A stretch of 64,000 bases of DNA from Lama glama (Eukaryota), in contig CM052816.1 in assembly GCA_028534125.1 (NCBI GenBank), forward strand, positions 55,368,001 through 55,432,000, read 5' to 3'. The translations under genes and the position numbers were made by a program. Of the stretch, positions 49,991 to 61,639 are shown piece by piece; the stretch's first letter is position 1, and the number at the start of each line of letters is the position of its first letter. The notes under the pieces were generated by a model. The model was given only the letters and a program-made list of their open reading frames with translations. It ran no database searches and was not told the DNA's origin.

Positions 49991-50364
49991 TCAAAAAAAC
50001 TGCCATAGCAGCATGCGCCTGCCAGCTTCTTACTGTGAAAGGTTACTGGGAGACCTGAGCAAATAAATGTATACTTAATCCCTTGCACACTGATATTTTA
50101 CCTATTTTAAATGTAAGGAATTTCAGGAATTAAAAAGATTGAATGATTATCTCCAGGAGACTAAACGCAACACAAAGAGAGAAGGGTGTTATAATTATGG
50201 CCCTTTACCTGAGCCCTGGGTTCAAAATTTGCCTGTTATATACTAGCCAGGTGCCACTAGGCAAGTTTCTTAATTTCACTGGATCCTGATTTCCTAACTG
50301 CAAAATGGGAAAAACAATAGTAATACTCTCCTTATAGGGTAGTTGTAATCAAGCAGTATATAAT

Positions 50365-50590
50365 GACTATCAATGCCCAGCTCCCTTTCTCAATTCAAGA
50401 CAACTCTGAAGGGTCATCCCAGCTCCAGAGCTCTAAGTAGAACCAGCAGGATCTTCTGTTGCAATTGCATCTTATTTCAACTTTTCCCTCTGCCCAATCC
50501 TGCCACCCTCAATCCCTTACAAGTGTTATTTCCAAGAGCTCTTCCTAATGAACTTCTGCACACAAATCTCCATCTAGGGAAATCTGACCG
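50365..50590 (+). mobile_element. LTR33-like fragment
   Basis: caactctgaagggtcatcccagctccagagctc...ctctgcccaatcctgc...ctaatgaacttctgcacacaaatctccatct. Confidence 0.6.
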
Positions 50591-50660
50591 AAGCAGCTGG
50601 CATCACCATCATGACCACTATTACTGTTGCTGTTGTTTATTCCAAGCCCCACGTCCCTAG

Positions 50661-50800
50661 CTGTATGTGTGCTGCACCAGTATAGCCCTCAGGCCTTCGT
50701 CTGAAGGACGACTTCTTCCCTGTGGACAGAGTGGTCCTCAACCTCCCCAAAGTGATGACCCACCTGAATTGTTCAACCTATTCTTAAGTGTTGGTCACCT
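50661..50800 (+). pseudogene. Possible decayed exon, C part of repeated linker domain
   Basis: gtccctag acceptor. QAF(V)/LKDDFFPVD parallels EPLFVLKGEIL at 61351. Confidence 0.3.
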
Positions 50801-51523
50801 CCTGAGCCTAGCTAGTAACGGTGGAGTATGAGGGGCAAGGATGAGCAAAAAGAGCAGGAAAAAAACTTTCAGCTGATGAAAGTTCCCCAGTACAACCTAG
50901 GCAAAATCAACAGAATAAAATAGAATGTGAGATTTCAAGAAAGTTTTAATGCAGAAGGCAATTTATCAGAAATAAGTCCCTTACCATGAAAGCTGGGATG
51001 ACTGGAAGTTAGTTATACAAAGAGAGATTTAATAATAGGCTCCAGAATGGTGGAATTTTCAAAGCTGTGTTGATTTGTACACAGCCAAAGGCCTACAAAA
51101 GAACCCCAGAGTATAGAACCCATGCCTTAGAATGGCAGCAACCTTGAGCAGGGAAATAAAATGATACCTAATGGCACTGGGGTCCAAATGGGCGATAAAG
51201 AGAAGAAATTGTGTTATTAAATATCAAAGTTCAGTGGTTCCCTTTGCTTCCATTTAGCAATTTACAGAATATACACATATTTGTATATATAAATATGCAG
51301 AACAGGTATGTTTTCTTTGAAAACATTCAGAGATATTTATAGTAAACATACCCATGGCTCTCCTGTTTTGCGTGTTTCCCCAAAAACTATGTGTTCACTC
51401 TTCCTGCCAACTTAAAACTTGGATCTTTAAAAGCAGTAATAAAAGGGGCCTCAACACTAATAGTCAACCTGTCAAGAAATTTTTCTTATTAAAACTGGGA
51501 TCTCAGTGTCTCCTTTCCTGCAG

Positions 51524-51790
51524 ACAGCTTTAATTATCTGATGACTGCAGTTTTCAGAATTATTCTAAACAGCTTTCTGGAATAGTGGCTATGAGGGCAC
51601 AAACAGCGGGCACCAGGAAAAGCTGTCCAACAAAATGAACATATTTGGTGACCTCTAGGAGTATACCACTTGCAGTGAATCAATTCCAAATGTATAAAAC
51701 ATGCACTCATTTCAAATTTCCATCTCATAGCTCATTACAAAATACACTTATGTTTAAACTACTTATGAACAAAGGAATTACAAGAAAGTG
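51524..51790 (+). pseudogene. Decayed exon, repeated linker domain with IW(R)P motif
   Basis: Strong acceptor tctcctttcctgcag. att tgg TGA cct at 51643-51654 reads IW*P (CGA>TGA would restore IWRP), followed in frame by NFHLIAHYKI. Confidence 0.4.
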
Positions 51791-52349
51791 TAGAGACAGA
51801 TAAGAGATTCAATTAAGCCAGCTCTGCTACTGTTGAATTCACCAAGACACGAAAATTATCCCTTCTCAGTTAGCCCATGTGCTAAAAGCCCAGGTCATAA
51901 ACTGGGCCATCTCTACTAATGAACTAAACCTACTCTGGCCAAGTTCAAATCTCTCTGTGGAGACCATGGGGAGGGTCATGGCTAAGAGCAACCAGATACA
52001 TAAAAGTTTTGTTCACTGACTCCTAGGGACCTAGCAGAAGTGATGAATGTCCCATTACCTTGAATACCAATGGGGACTGTGAGACAAATGGATAAGGAGA
52101 TGTGATCCTGAGTTTGAGACCATCCAGAGATTCAGGCAGAATACTGGGTATCTTAAGTGGAAACCAAATTAAGTTTGATGTGACTTAAATTTGAGAGGGA
52201 AGGTGCTAAAGACAGAGTGACACACGATAATATTTGGTATCCACCACACAAAAGCCAACCGAGAGAGAATAAATATTAAAGAATTTGTTTGTGACTTTAA
52301 AAGAAAAATAGCTAGAAATCTTTAATTCTATGACACCTCTTCCACTGAA

Positions 52350-52444
52350 GAGGTCAGAACAATTAATACGCACATCTAATGCGTTCTCACAGTTTGAGTT
52401 TCCTAATAATTGAGATTTTTCCAGGGATATGACTCATGATTCAC
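52350..52444 (+). pseudogene. Possible decayed exon, C part of linker domain
   Basis: IIEIFPG(D) versus PKD1 VLMLPGD; donor cac|gtaaga at 52445. Confidence 0.25.
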
Positions 52445-53154
52445 GTAAGAGATTTTGAAGGAGTATTTTTAAAAAGGAAAGAAACACTGATAAATCTAAT
52501 CAGGTCATTTCTGTCCACTGTTTAGTGGGAGAAATACAGCCAGTCTGGAGTCATTGTGACTGCTCTCTGGCCCAACACACCATTAGGACTGGAGTTGAAA
52601 AACCTCTTGCTAGAGCCATGTCCCTCATTTGGCAGTAGCCACTGGGAGGTCTGTATTGAGAAGCATTCAGAGATCCAGTGCCAGGTGGGTGTGGAAGGAT
52701 GCTATGATAGATTTATGTCTCACATGCATAAAGGAACGTAACAAATATCTGACAACAAACTTTCCCTAAGAGGTATTCCTAGAGAAGGCTGTCCGCCCAG
52801 AACTGACAGCCTCTCCATGTTGCCAAGCTGCTGACTAGAGCAGATTAGATGGTTATGTCACATTACCCTTACCTGGCTCTCAGAAACTGGGCCAGGACCA
52901 ACATTAATGTATAGAAGAGAGACATGGGATGATTGGTGTTCAGCTCACCTTGATGCAGGGTGGAGTCTTCAGGCCCCTTCACCTGTCTCATTCCTTCCCA
53001 GGGAGCTGGAAGTCTTAGTAAAACTGTTAAGCCATGAAGATTAATCCTTGTTAACAAAAGAAAAGTTTGCTTGCATTTGGGTACTCCTATTGCAATGAAG
53101 GACTTGAGGAAGCTGCTGACACCAAGAGCCCACTACTGCCCATTCAGGATATGA

Positions 53155-53582
53155 CCAGTGGATTCACTTCCTGTGGCTGTAACAATCACCACAAATTGGT
53201 GGCTCAAAGCAACACACATTTATTCTCTTAGAGCTTACAGTTCCAGAGGTCGGAAGTCCAAAATCAGTTTCACTGGGCTGATATTAAGGTGTCACAGGGT
53301 TGCTCTCCCCTCATTGGCTCTAAGGAAGAACCCATTTCCCTGCCTTTTCTGGCCTCTAGAGCTGCATTCCCTGCCTCATGGCCCTTTCCTTCATCTTCAA
53401 AGCCAGCAGAGTAGTGTCTTGCTTTAGCCTTCACACTGCCTTCTTCCGTACTCAAATTTCTCCCTGCCTCCCTCTTAGAAGAACACTAGTGATTACATTT
53501 ACACCAGATAATCCAGGATAATCACCCCATCTCAACATCCTTAATTTAATCAAATCTGCAAAATCCTTTCTGCCCTATAAAG
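53155..53582 (-). mobile_element. MaLR LTR, MLT1C/D-like
   Basis: gctgtaacaatcaccacaaattggtggctcaaagcaacacacatttattctc...ataatccaggataatcaccccatctcaa. Confidence 0.8.
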
Positions 53583-53599
53583 ACAAAAAAGGGGAACAA

Positions 53600-54172
53600 A
53601 AGGAATAGAATATGAGTATGATTTTATATGGTTAGAACATCTCTGGACTACACACACAAGTGCAACATAAGTTAACCCTAGAGAAGGTACCTGGGGGCTG
53701 AGGGTCAAGGGTATGAGAATCAATTTCCTCTGGGTACTCTTCAAATATTTTGAATTTTCTACCATATGACTATTTTACTTCTTTAAAAAATAATGAAAAT
53801 CACAAACTGGACAACTTGGAAAGGCCAGTCTAGCTCCATAGTTCTTTGTGAAGTCAGCAGACACAGCTCAGCTTCTCTTTCTGTTCAATCTTGCTTTCTT
53901 TCATTTTCATCCAGAAGTACTGACCTCAAGGGTGCTCGCTAATAAACACGCTGCCTTCTAAACTTCTTCTCAGGGTGTGCTTCCCAGGGAAGGAATCTTA
54001 CAGCTACTCTTTCAGCAAATTCATAAAATTTTCAAAAGTAAGATATTTTAGCTGTAATTGGTTAAGATTACTGACTCCACCTCAACTTCTGCTCCTTCCT
54101 GCTCCCCATCCCATTGTGTACTGCTGGAGTGGCAACGGCATTTGGGGTGTGGTTAAGTTTAGTTGGGAATAT
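53600..54172 (+). repeat. Local duplication copy A (old L1 3' piece + LTR33 piece + Arthur1 5' piece)
   Basis: Collinear with 62940-63465 over ~520 bp, including the inter-element junctions. Confidence 0.9.
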
Positions 54173-54179
54173 AACCAAT

Positions 54180-55750
54180 GAGGTTAAAGTCCATTGTTCT
54201 TGTCTAAATTACATACATTAACTTGTCCTAATTATAACATCAATACCTATTCATAGCAGAATTTTGCAGAAAATAAAAATCATCTCTGAAACCTCCACTG
54301 TTAATAGTTCGGTATATTCCCATACCATCTGACTCCGTTGTCCTTGAACTAACTCCTTGGGACATTCCCAGTTCAGTCCTGTCAAGAAATCTTTACTCAG
54401 AAAGTCAGACACAATCTTTAAATACCTGTTTTTTTGGATGAAAAGACCAAGATAACAAAAAATCGAAGTGCTGCATCTACAATCATTCATTAGAGTCAAT
54501 ACTAAACAGTGAGACTTTGGCCTCTTCCTTCTCATCACTGTCTTCCAGTTATCATCGAAGACTTCTTGGTATTCCACATCCAATTAGACACACACAAATT
54601 CCTAGTCGGGATCTCAATGATTCATTTGTTACATATGTTGATGGCACATCAATATCTGACCATTTTTCCAAGTCATAAATCAACATCTTCCTTTCCCTAG
54701 TCAAAAGCTCCAATGCTATTATACATCATAAATTGGAATACAAATTGATCAATTATTTAGTCTGTCAAATCCCTAAGAGAAAGAGCAAGAATAAGCCTAA
54801 TGCAATTATTTTTTTATTACCAAGCATGCTTTTGATGGTGAGAAAACTAACAGGTGTTTTTCCTCACTGTTGGTCAATTTGAATCTCACCCACAAAGTAA
54901 AATCAACTTTAGTTATTACACAACGAATCAATAACCACAGCGCTGTTACACTTCAGGGTGGATTTTTTTTCTTTATTGACCTAACAGAGACTCATGACCA
55001 AGTGGAAGAGTGTTTAATGAGCTTGAAAATGAAGCCATTCATTTGAACTGAAGAGAACAACACATTCTCCCGTCACCTCATATTAACCCACTGTTCCTGT
55101 TATGGAGAAAACTAGAGGTACTAATAATGTCGAGGGCCCAGGTACAAACACTCCAAGTGCAGTACCTTTCAGGTCTTCAGCACTGCTGATAAACACTAAG
55201 CAAATTTTTCCTCAGTGACTCCTCAGTTTCTAGCCTCTTCACAGATTTCAGTACTGCTGGACCTCCTGAATTACGGTCTTACTCCATCCTATTTCACTGA
55301 GCATAATTCTGATCCAGCTGTTAGGATTTGGATATTCCCAGAACTGGATTCAGACATGAGATAGCAAGCAGTAGCCAGCTATATTAAGCATTAAAACAAT
55401 TCTGGGGTAAACCAGAAATATAATGCCACAAACTCGGGTTTCCAGAATCGATCCTTTATATAACTGGCAAAATGTAATTTTGCTGATGTAGAAAAGTCTT
55501 GAGTGATGGAAAAAATACTCCTTGCCAGAGTCAACCCATACCCTTTGAGTGTTTTTCTGTGACACACAAGTTACATGGCCCAACAGTCTATCTCAGCAAC
55601 ACTGAGACCAGTCATCTCACAGAAGCAAAGCAGTTGATGAAATTACTGAGCTAAAGAACGCACAGCATAGTGCATTTATTGAGAAGAAAGAAAGTCTGAG
55701 TTCTGTAATGTACCTGCCAAGAATTTGTCTGAGTTCTTGTTTATCCAAGA
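54180..55750 (+). pseudogene. Possible decayed large Ser/Thr/Pro-rich (mucin-like spacer) exon
   Basis: About 1.5 kb with no repeat I recognise. Successive + frames give S/T/P-rich peptides: PSDSVVLELTPWDIPSSVLS, SLESILNSETLASSFSSLSSS, PTVPVMEKTRGTNNVEGPGTNTPSAVP, DSSVSSLFTDFSTAGPP. Confidence 0.3.
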
Positions 55751-56189
55751 AAACAAGAGAACAAAATGCACAGACAAGTGGGAAAAAATAGCTTTTAAAC
55801 AGAACAAGACTTCCTCACCAAATTTCTATTACCTCTATCATTAGGAAATTGGTTGTAAGGCTCAATAGGAAAAAACTGGTAGATGAAAGAGAACTTCAAG
55901 CTAGTAAGAATTTTTCTGAACAGTCAATATTTGTTTAGAACATTAAAAATATTGTAAGATTATTATTAATAGAAAAATCAGTTCCTTTCTAACCTCAAAA
56001 AAAGCTTAAATATTTAAATACTATTGACTTGAAGAGGCCACAGAGGTATCAGGTAGCCTGGGATACTGATACATCTCACTCCAGAGTAGCTATATATCTC
56101 TGGATCTTTCCTCTGCCCCATATTTAAACATCCTCTCTCAGTTTTCATCTATAAATGACTAATCCTACAAGCACAATTTCTATACCCGC

Positions 56190-56390
56190 AATGGGCTCAG
56201 ATCCTGACTCTGCCACTTTTTTACATGATCTTGGTTAAATTTCCTAACCTCTGTATGCTTCAGTCTCTTCAGCTGTAAAATCTGATAATCATAGTACTAC
56301 CTCACATGGTTAGTGTGGTGACTAAATGTTCAAATACACGTAAAGTGCTTAGAATGCCTGGGGGACAGTAATCACTCAATAAATTATAAT
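56190..56390 (+). mobile_element. MIR SINE
   Basis: atcctgactctgccactt...cttcagtctcttcagctgtaaaat...gtaaagtgcttagaa. Confidence 0.7.
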
Positions 56391-56467
56391 GTTGATCATT
56401 ATCATAACTTCGGTGAAGATACATGGATTTAATTCAGTATTATTTTACTTGATTTAGGTGTTGCTGT

Positions 56468-58430
56468 TTTAAAATAGCTTTACTGGGGTATAATTGACAT
56501 AAAACACACTACACACATTTTAAGCATACAATTTGAGTTCTGACATATATACTCATCTCAGAATCATGACCACAATCAAGATAGTGAACATATTTATCAT
56601 CTCAAATTTTCCATGTGTTCTTTGGAATCTCCCTCCTGCATCCAAATTGCCCCACCCTAGGCCCCTCCACCACAAGGCAATCACTATTCTGCTGTCACTA
56701 TAGATTAGTTTGCATTTTCCTCAAATTTTATGTAAATGTAATCATATCATATGCACTCTTTTTTGTCTAGTTTATTTCACTCAGCATTATTAATTTGCAA
56801 TTAATCCATGTCACCACATGATTCAATAGTTTATTCCTTTCTAATTGCCCGGTAGTATTTCACTGCATGGATGTATCACAATTTGTTTATCCATCCACAT
56901 ATTGATGAACATTTAGGATGTTTGTAGTTTTCAACTATTACAAATAAAACTGCTATGAACATTTGTATTCAAGTCTTTGTACAGAAATAGACTTATATTT
57001 TACCTGAATAAATATCTAGGGATAGAATGGCTAGATCACATGCTGGGTAAATATTTAACTTTTTCAGAAACTGCCAAATGGTTTTTCTAAGTGGTTGTTC
57101 TATTTTACATTCCCACCAGTACTGTATGAGAGTTCTAATTCCTTCATATCTTTGTCAACACTTGGTATGTTCAGTCTTTTTGATTTTAGCCATTCTACAA
57201 GGTATGTAGTTTTATCTCATTGTAATTTAATTTCCATTTCCCAATGATGGTGACCATTTTTTCAGGTACTTATTTGCCATCTGTATGTATTCACTGGTAA
57301 AGTGTCTATTCAACTCTTTTGCCCATTTTTCTAATTGGAAAGTTTGTTCTGATTGATTTAGTGTTCTTTATGTATTCTATATACAAGTCCTTTAGCAGAA
57401 ACATAATTTGTTAAATTTTTCTCACCATGTGTGGTTTATTTTTTCATTCTCTCAACAGTGTTCCTCAAAAAGCAGGTTTCAATTGGGATGAATTTCAACT
57501 TATCAATATTTCATTTTGTGAGTCATGCTTTTAGTGTCATATCTAAGAATATGACCAAAAACTCCAAAGATCTTTCTTTTTGTTCCAGCAGTTTTACAGT
57601 ATACATTTTATATTTAAGTCTATGATCCCTGATTTTGAGTTAATTTTTGTATATGGTGTGAGGTATGGATTAAAATTCTTTTTTTACATATGAACATCTA
57701 ATTACTCCAATACTATTTTTTTTAAGATTATACTTTCTCCACTGAATTGCCTGAGAACCTTTTTCAAAATTCAATTGTCATTATATGTGTATCCATTTCT
57801 GAACTCACTCTTTGGTTCCACTGATCTATTTGCTTATCTGTATGCCAATACCATACTGTCTTGATTAGCGTAGAGTTATAAAATTTTGAAATCTAGTAGG
57901 GTTAGTCCTCCACATTTGTTCTTCTTTATGAAAGATTTTTGGGCTATTCTAAGTATTTTACATTTTCATGTAAATTTTAATAGCTTTACTGAACTGTATG
58001 TAACTTGCATACTGCAAAGTTTACCCATCTTAAGTGTTTAATTCTATGGTGATTACCATGTTTACAGAGTGGTAACACCACAATCTAATTTTAGAACACT
58101 TTTCTTACCTGAAAACCAAAACTTACGCCTATTAGTAGTCACTCCATCCTCCTCCACCAACCACTGATCAGTTTGCTTTCTCTATATATTTTCCTACTCC
58201 AGACATTTCATATGAATGGAATCATATAACATGTGGCCTTTTATGTCTGGATTATTTAATTTAGCATAATATTTTTTAAGTATTTGTTTAAACTGACTAA
58301 CTTGTATTAATATCTCATTTCTTTTAATAGCCAAATAATATTCCATCATATGGAAATACCACATTTTGTTTATCCATTTATCAGTTGGTGGATATTTGCA
58401 TTGAACTATTTCCACCTTATGGCTAACATG
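56468..58430 (-). mobile_element. L1 (L1MB/MC-like) 3' regions, two adjacent minus-strand pieces
   Basis: gggtataattgacataaaac...ttacattcccaccagtactgtatgagagttc...ttgagttaatttttgtatatggtgtgagg. Confidence 0.85.
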
Positions 58431-59220
58431 AACAATGGGAATGTAAAACGGTATAGCCACTTTGGAAAAATAGCTTGGCAGTTTCTTATAATGTTAAACA
58501 TTCACTTAACTTACAACCCAACAATCATATTCCTAGGATTTATCTTAGGAAAATTAAAAATTATGTTCACACAAAAATCTGTATATGAATGTTTAAAGTA
58601 GCTTTATTTGTAATATTCAAAACCTGGAAACAATTCAAATGTTCTACATGGAGTGAGTGGATAAACAAACTGTGGCATATCCATACAATGGAATATTACT
58701 CAGCATAGGAATGAACTTTTGATACATTCAAAATTTGGATGGATCTCAAGGACATTATGCTAAGTGAAAAAAAGTCAATCTCAAAGGGCTACGTAATTTG
58801 TTATTTCATTTATACATAACATTCTCAAAGTGAAAAAAATTTTAGTGATAAGAGAACAAAGAAGTAGTTGTTAAGGAGTTGAGGAAGAGTGTGACTATTA
58901 AGGGATAACACGAGGGAGTCTGTGGTGATGGAACATTCCTATCCCTATTGTGGTAATGGTTACTTAAATCTAAACATGCAACAAAATATCACAGTATCAT
59001 ACACCAAAAGGTGAGGAGGACTGCATACAAAACTGGTGAAATTCAAACATGGTCTGTACCTGAATTAATGGAATTGTACCAACATCAATTTCCTGGTTAT
59101 GACAATATACTGCTCTTATGTAACATATTATCATTGGGGGAAGCTGAATAAAGGGTATGCAGGACCTGTATCTCCATTTTTGCAACTCCTTGTGAATTTT
59201 TAACTATTTCAAAATAAGAG
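58431..59220 (+). mobile_element. L1 (L1MC-like) 3' end
   Basis: tgggaatgtaaaacggtatagccactttggaaaa...ggataaacaaactgtggcatatccatacaatggaatattactcagc...ccaacatcaatttcctgg. Confidence 0.85.
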
Positions 59221-59656
59221 AGTTCTTTTTTAAAAGTTAAGCCTAGTCTCTACTATACTTTGGGGAATTTAGGAGAAGGAACTGTCCTATTAATAGGATG
59301 AAGTAAACAAGAAGTTAAGAATTCAGTACAGGTTGGCTAACCCAACTACTACTTTACTGAGGCTATTAAAAATATATACATATAGTGTTAAGCACATTTG
59401 ACTGTCCTTTACGATTGGATTACTGCAGTCTGTTGATTATTTTCAAAATTTTGCAAAAAAAGAAAGAACCCACCTAATTACTATCCTCCTCAGTGGAACC
59501 ATGTCTAGATCACCTGATTCTTACAATCCTTCGTTATTCTTCTTTGAGCATTCCCCCTTTCTGCCAAGGTGTGGTCAGTAGGAAGTTAAGTGTACTGACC
59601 ATCCCTGGCCAATTAAACCAGTAAAGCCTCAAAAAAAAAGATATGCACTTAAAAAG

Positions 59657-59728
59657 CATATATATATATATATATATATATAATATACACTTGTATATAT
59701 AGAAGTGTATATTATATATATACATATA
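59657..59728. repeat. (TA)n microsatellite / AT-rich tract
   Basis: atatatatat run. Confidence 0.9.
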
Positions 59729-60753
59729 AATTTCTCCGGTGTTACGGCAACTGTATATGGCCATTTGACAGAGTTCTGGCCAAAAATATGTAAGCAGAAG
59801 CCTGCTGGTGCCTGCTCTTTTTGCCTTGTTCCTGCCTGGTCTGTGGATATGATATGGAGGTAAAAGCAACCAATTTGCAACCGTTAGGATAAAAACCATG
59901 GACTAAGCACGGTGGCACAAAAGGAGTCTGGACTATACACCTCCAAATTTGTTTTATGACAAAAATAGGTCTGTATCCATTTAAGTCACTACAGTTTAGT
60001 CAAAGCTGAATGCCATCTCTACGAGGAGGAAAATATACCCATTCTCCTAGAGCAGTGGGTCACCAGCACCAGCAGAGGGACAACTGTGCCGTGCAAAGCA
60101 TTAGGGGACTCAGCCAGAGAGGCACCGCTGTGCAGATGTGACAGGGAGGGTGGAGGACAAGAGGGTGGGGACGTGGGGTTTACCATGAGGCAGCACTGCA
60201 GGACCTCTCCAACATTTCTGAGCACACCTTTGGGAGGGTAAATAAAGCCAGTAGGTCTTGGGTCATGATAATTTGGGTTACATACGGGCAACCTAGTTTC
60301 TATGCTGGCCCCCAGGATCACCACTGTGGGAAGGGCAGGATGAGACCAACTAGAAACCACTCACTACACACCAAGCTAAGTTTATCTTAGTAGTCATTCC
60401 CTCCCTAGGTACCTAAGGAAGTAAGGTCCTTTCTCCTGGGGGTTCTGACATTGAGACGAGTCTGCAATCCAAGCTTCAGGAAACATACCTAGTCCCCACT
60501 CACCATCAGCACCCTCTGAATTCTTTTCCCTCTTGCCTTGAGGGGGCAGAGGCTGCTCTGTTATAATCTAACTTGGTCTCTTCTCACTTCTTTCCACCAG
60601 CTTTGAAAACTTTTATGACATTATTTCAGATTTTCTCTATCTACATTGGGTTTTTTGGTTTTTGTTATTTTTTTTTTTTTTTGCCATTTTTAAGGTGTGA
60701 TTTCCATGCTTTTGTAACATGCTTTTTATAAATCTTCCTGTATCTCCTTGCAG

Positions 60754-61150
60754 TTATGCCTTGGACTCTGAGGTTCTGGTGCAACACTTCCTATGGCTGT
60801 CCTATGTATCATATAGGCCATGGGTCAGCAAATTGGTGAACAGTTTTATTGGTTCACTGCCAAACCCACTGTTTACTCATTGCCTATGTATGGCTGCTTT
60901 TGCACTAAAATGGCAGAGTTGAGTAGTTGCAACAGAGACCCAGTGGTCCCACAAAAACCAAAATATGTCCTATTGGTCCTTTCCAGAAAAAGTCTGTCAA
61001 TCCCTGACATAGGCACTCAAATATTCTGAATCGATATAAAACATCAGCATATCCAAACTCCAATTTGTATTGTTCACATACTGGCCAGTGAGAGAAAACT
61101 CTAAATCTACCTGTTTGGTGATTGGTTTTTGCCATATTTTCTCTAAAAAG
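60754..61150 (+). pseudogene. Decayed kringle-domain exon (kringle 2) interrupted by MER58A
   Basis: tctccttgcag acceptor. After removing 60819-61014 the frame is continuous: SGAT/FLWLSYVSYRHSNILNRYKTSAYPNSNLYCSHTGQ*/ENSKSTCLVIGFCHI (kringle SG.TC..W.....YP..NL..YC.....P.C....YC.I). Confidence 0.5.
60819..61006 (+). mobile_element. MER58A (hAT-Charlie MITE) with 8-bp TSD
   Basis: catgggtcagcaaa...ggcagagttgagtagttgcaacagagacc...cagaaaaagtctgtcaatccctg; TSD atataggc (60811-60818) / acataggc (61007-61014). Confidence 0.9.
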
Positions 61151-61350
61151 AACACTTATTCTCTTAATGACTCCCCTCAACTGCTATATGATATAGTGAA
61201 TTAAGAACCTGATATTAAAATATAGTTTATTATTTGCAATATACGGTATGGCTTTCGCACATAAAGCGTAAGATACATGTGAAGTATCATTTGTGGATTT
61301 GTTATACTAGTCTTTCTGAATTGTTACTGTTAATATTGGCTTCTTTTTAG

Positions 61351-61566
61351 AGCCACTTTTTGTTTTGAAAGGAGAAATTCTCCTAAATTATTTATATAAA
61401 ATGTATTATCACCCTTTTGTTAGATCAGTGAACTAGATGACAGCTCAATTTAAGGCATTACAAAAGGGGAATCATTTGTGGGTTTGGAGGAAAAAAATGC
61501 CTTTCAGTATAGAGATCATGTGATACTGAATAAGAAAACTGTAAGCAAATAAATAATTGTGTGACA
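61351..61566 (+). pseudogene. Decayed exon: end of linker domain + N-terminal half of a WSC-like domain
   Basis: ttctttttag acceptor. EPLFVLKGEILLNY.../GESFVGLEEKNAFQYRDHVILNKKTVSK*IIV*Q, with two stops at the C-x3-C positions of WSC TV..C...C. Confidence 0.4.
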
Positions 61567-61639
61567 GTAACATGTCTACTCACCGAAATGAGATTTAAAA
61601 AGAAAAAAACAAGCAGTCAACAGAAGAAATAAAAAGGGA

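Larger units (their letters stand above)
35200..61566 (+). pseudogene. Decayed multi-exon (unprocessed) pseudogene of a polycystin-1-related mosaic extracellular/receptor protein (LRR, C-type lectin x2, PKD1-like linker, kringle, WSC); probably continues beyond this span
   Basis: About a dozen unique-sequence segments, all on +, in an order that begins like PKD1 (LRR...CTLD...linker). Most start after a pyrimidine tract + AG. All carry stops and/or frameshifts. Manual motif recognition only. Confidence 0.65.

Noticed and set aside
52587..52684. Open exon-like segment GLELKNLLLEPCPSFGSSHWEVCIEKHSEIQCQ
   Set aside because: Plausible AG/GT ends but no motif I can support; left unassigned.
60051..60237. 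Open + frame after ctcctag (EQWVTSTSRGTTVPC...)
   Set aside because: No recognisable motif; cannot be assigned to the pseudogene without a search.
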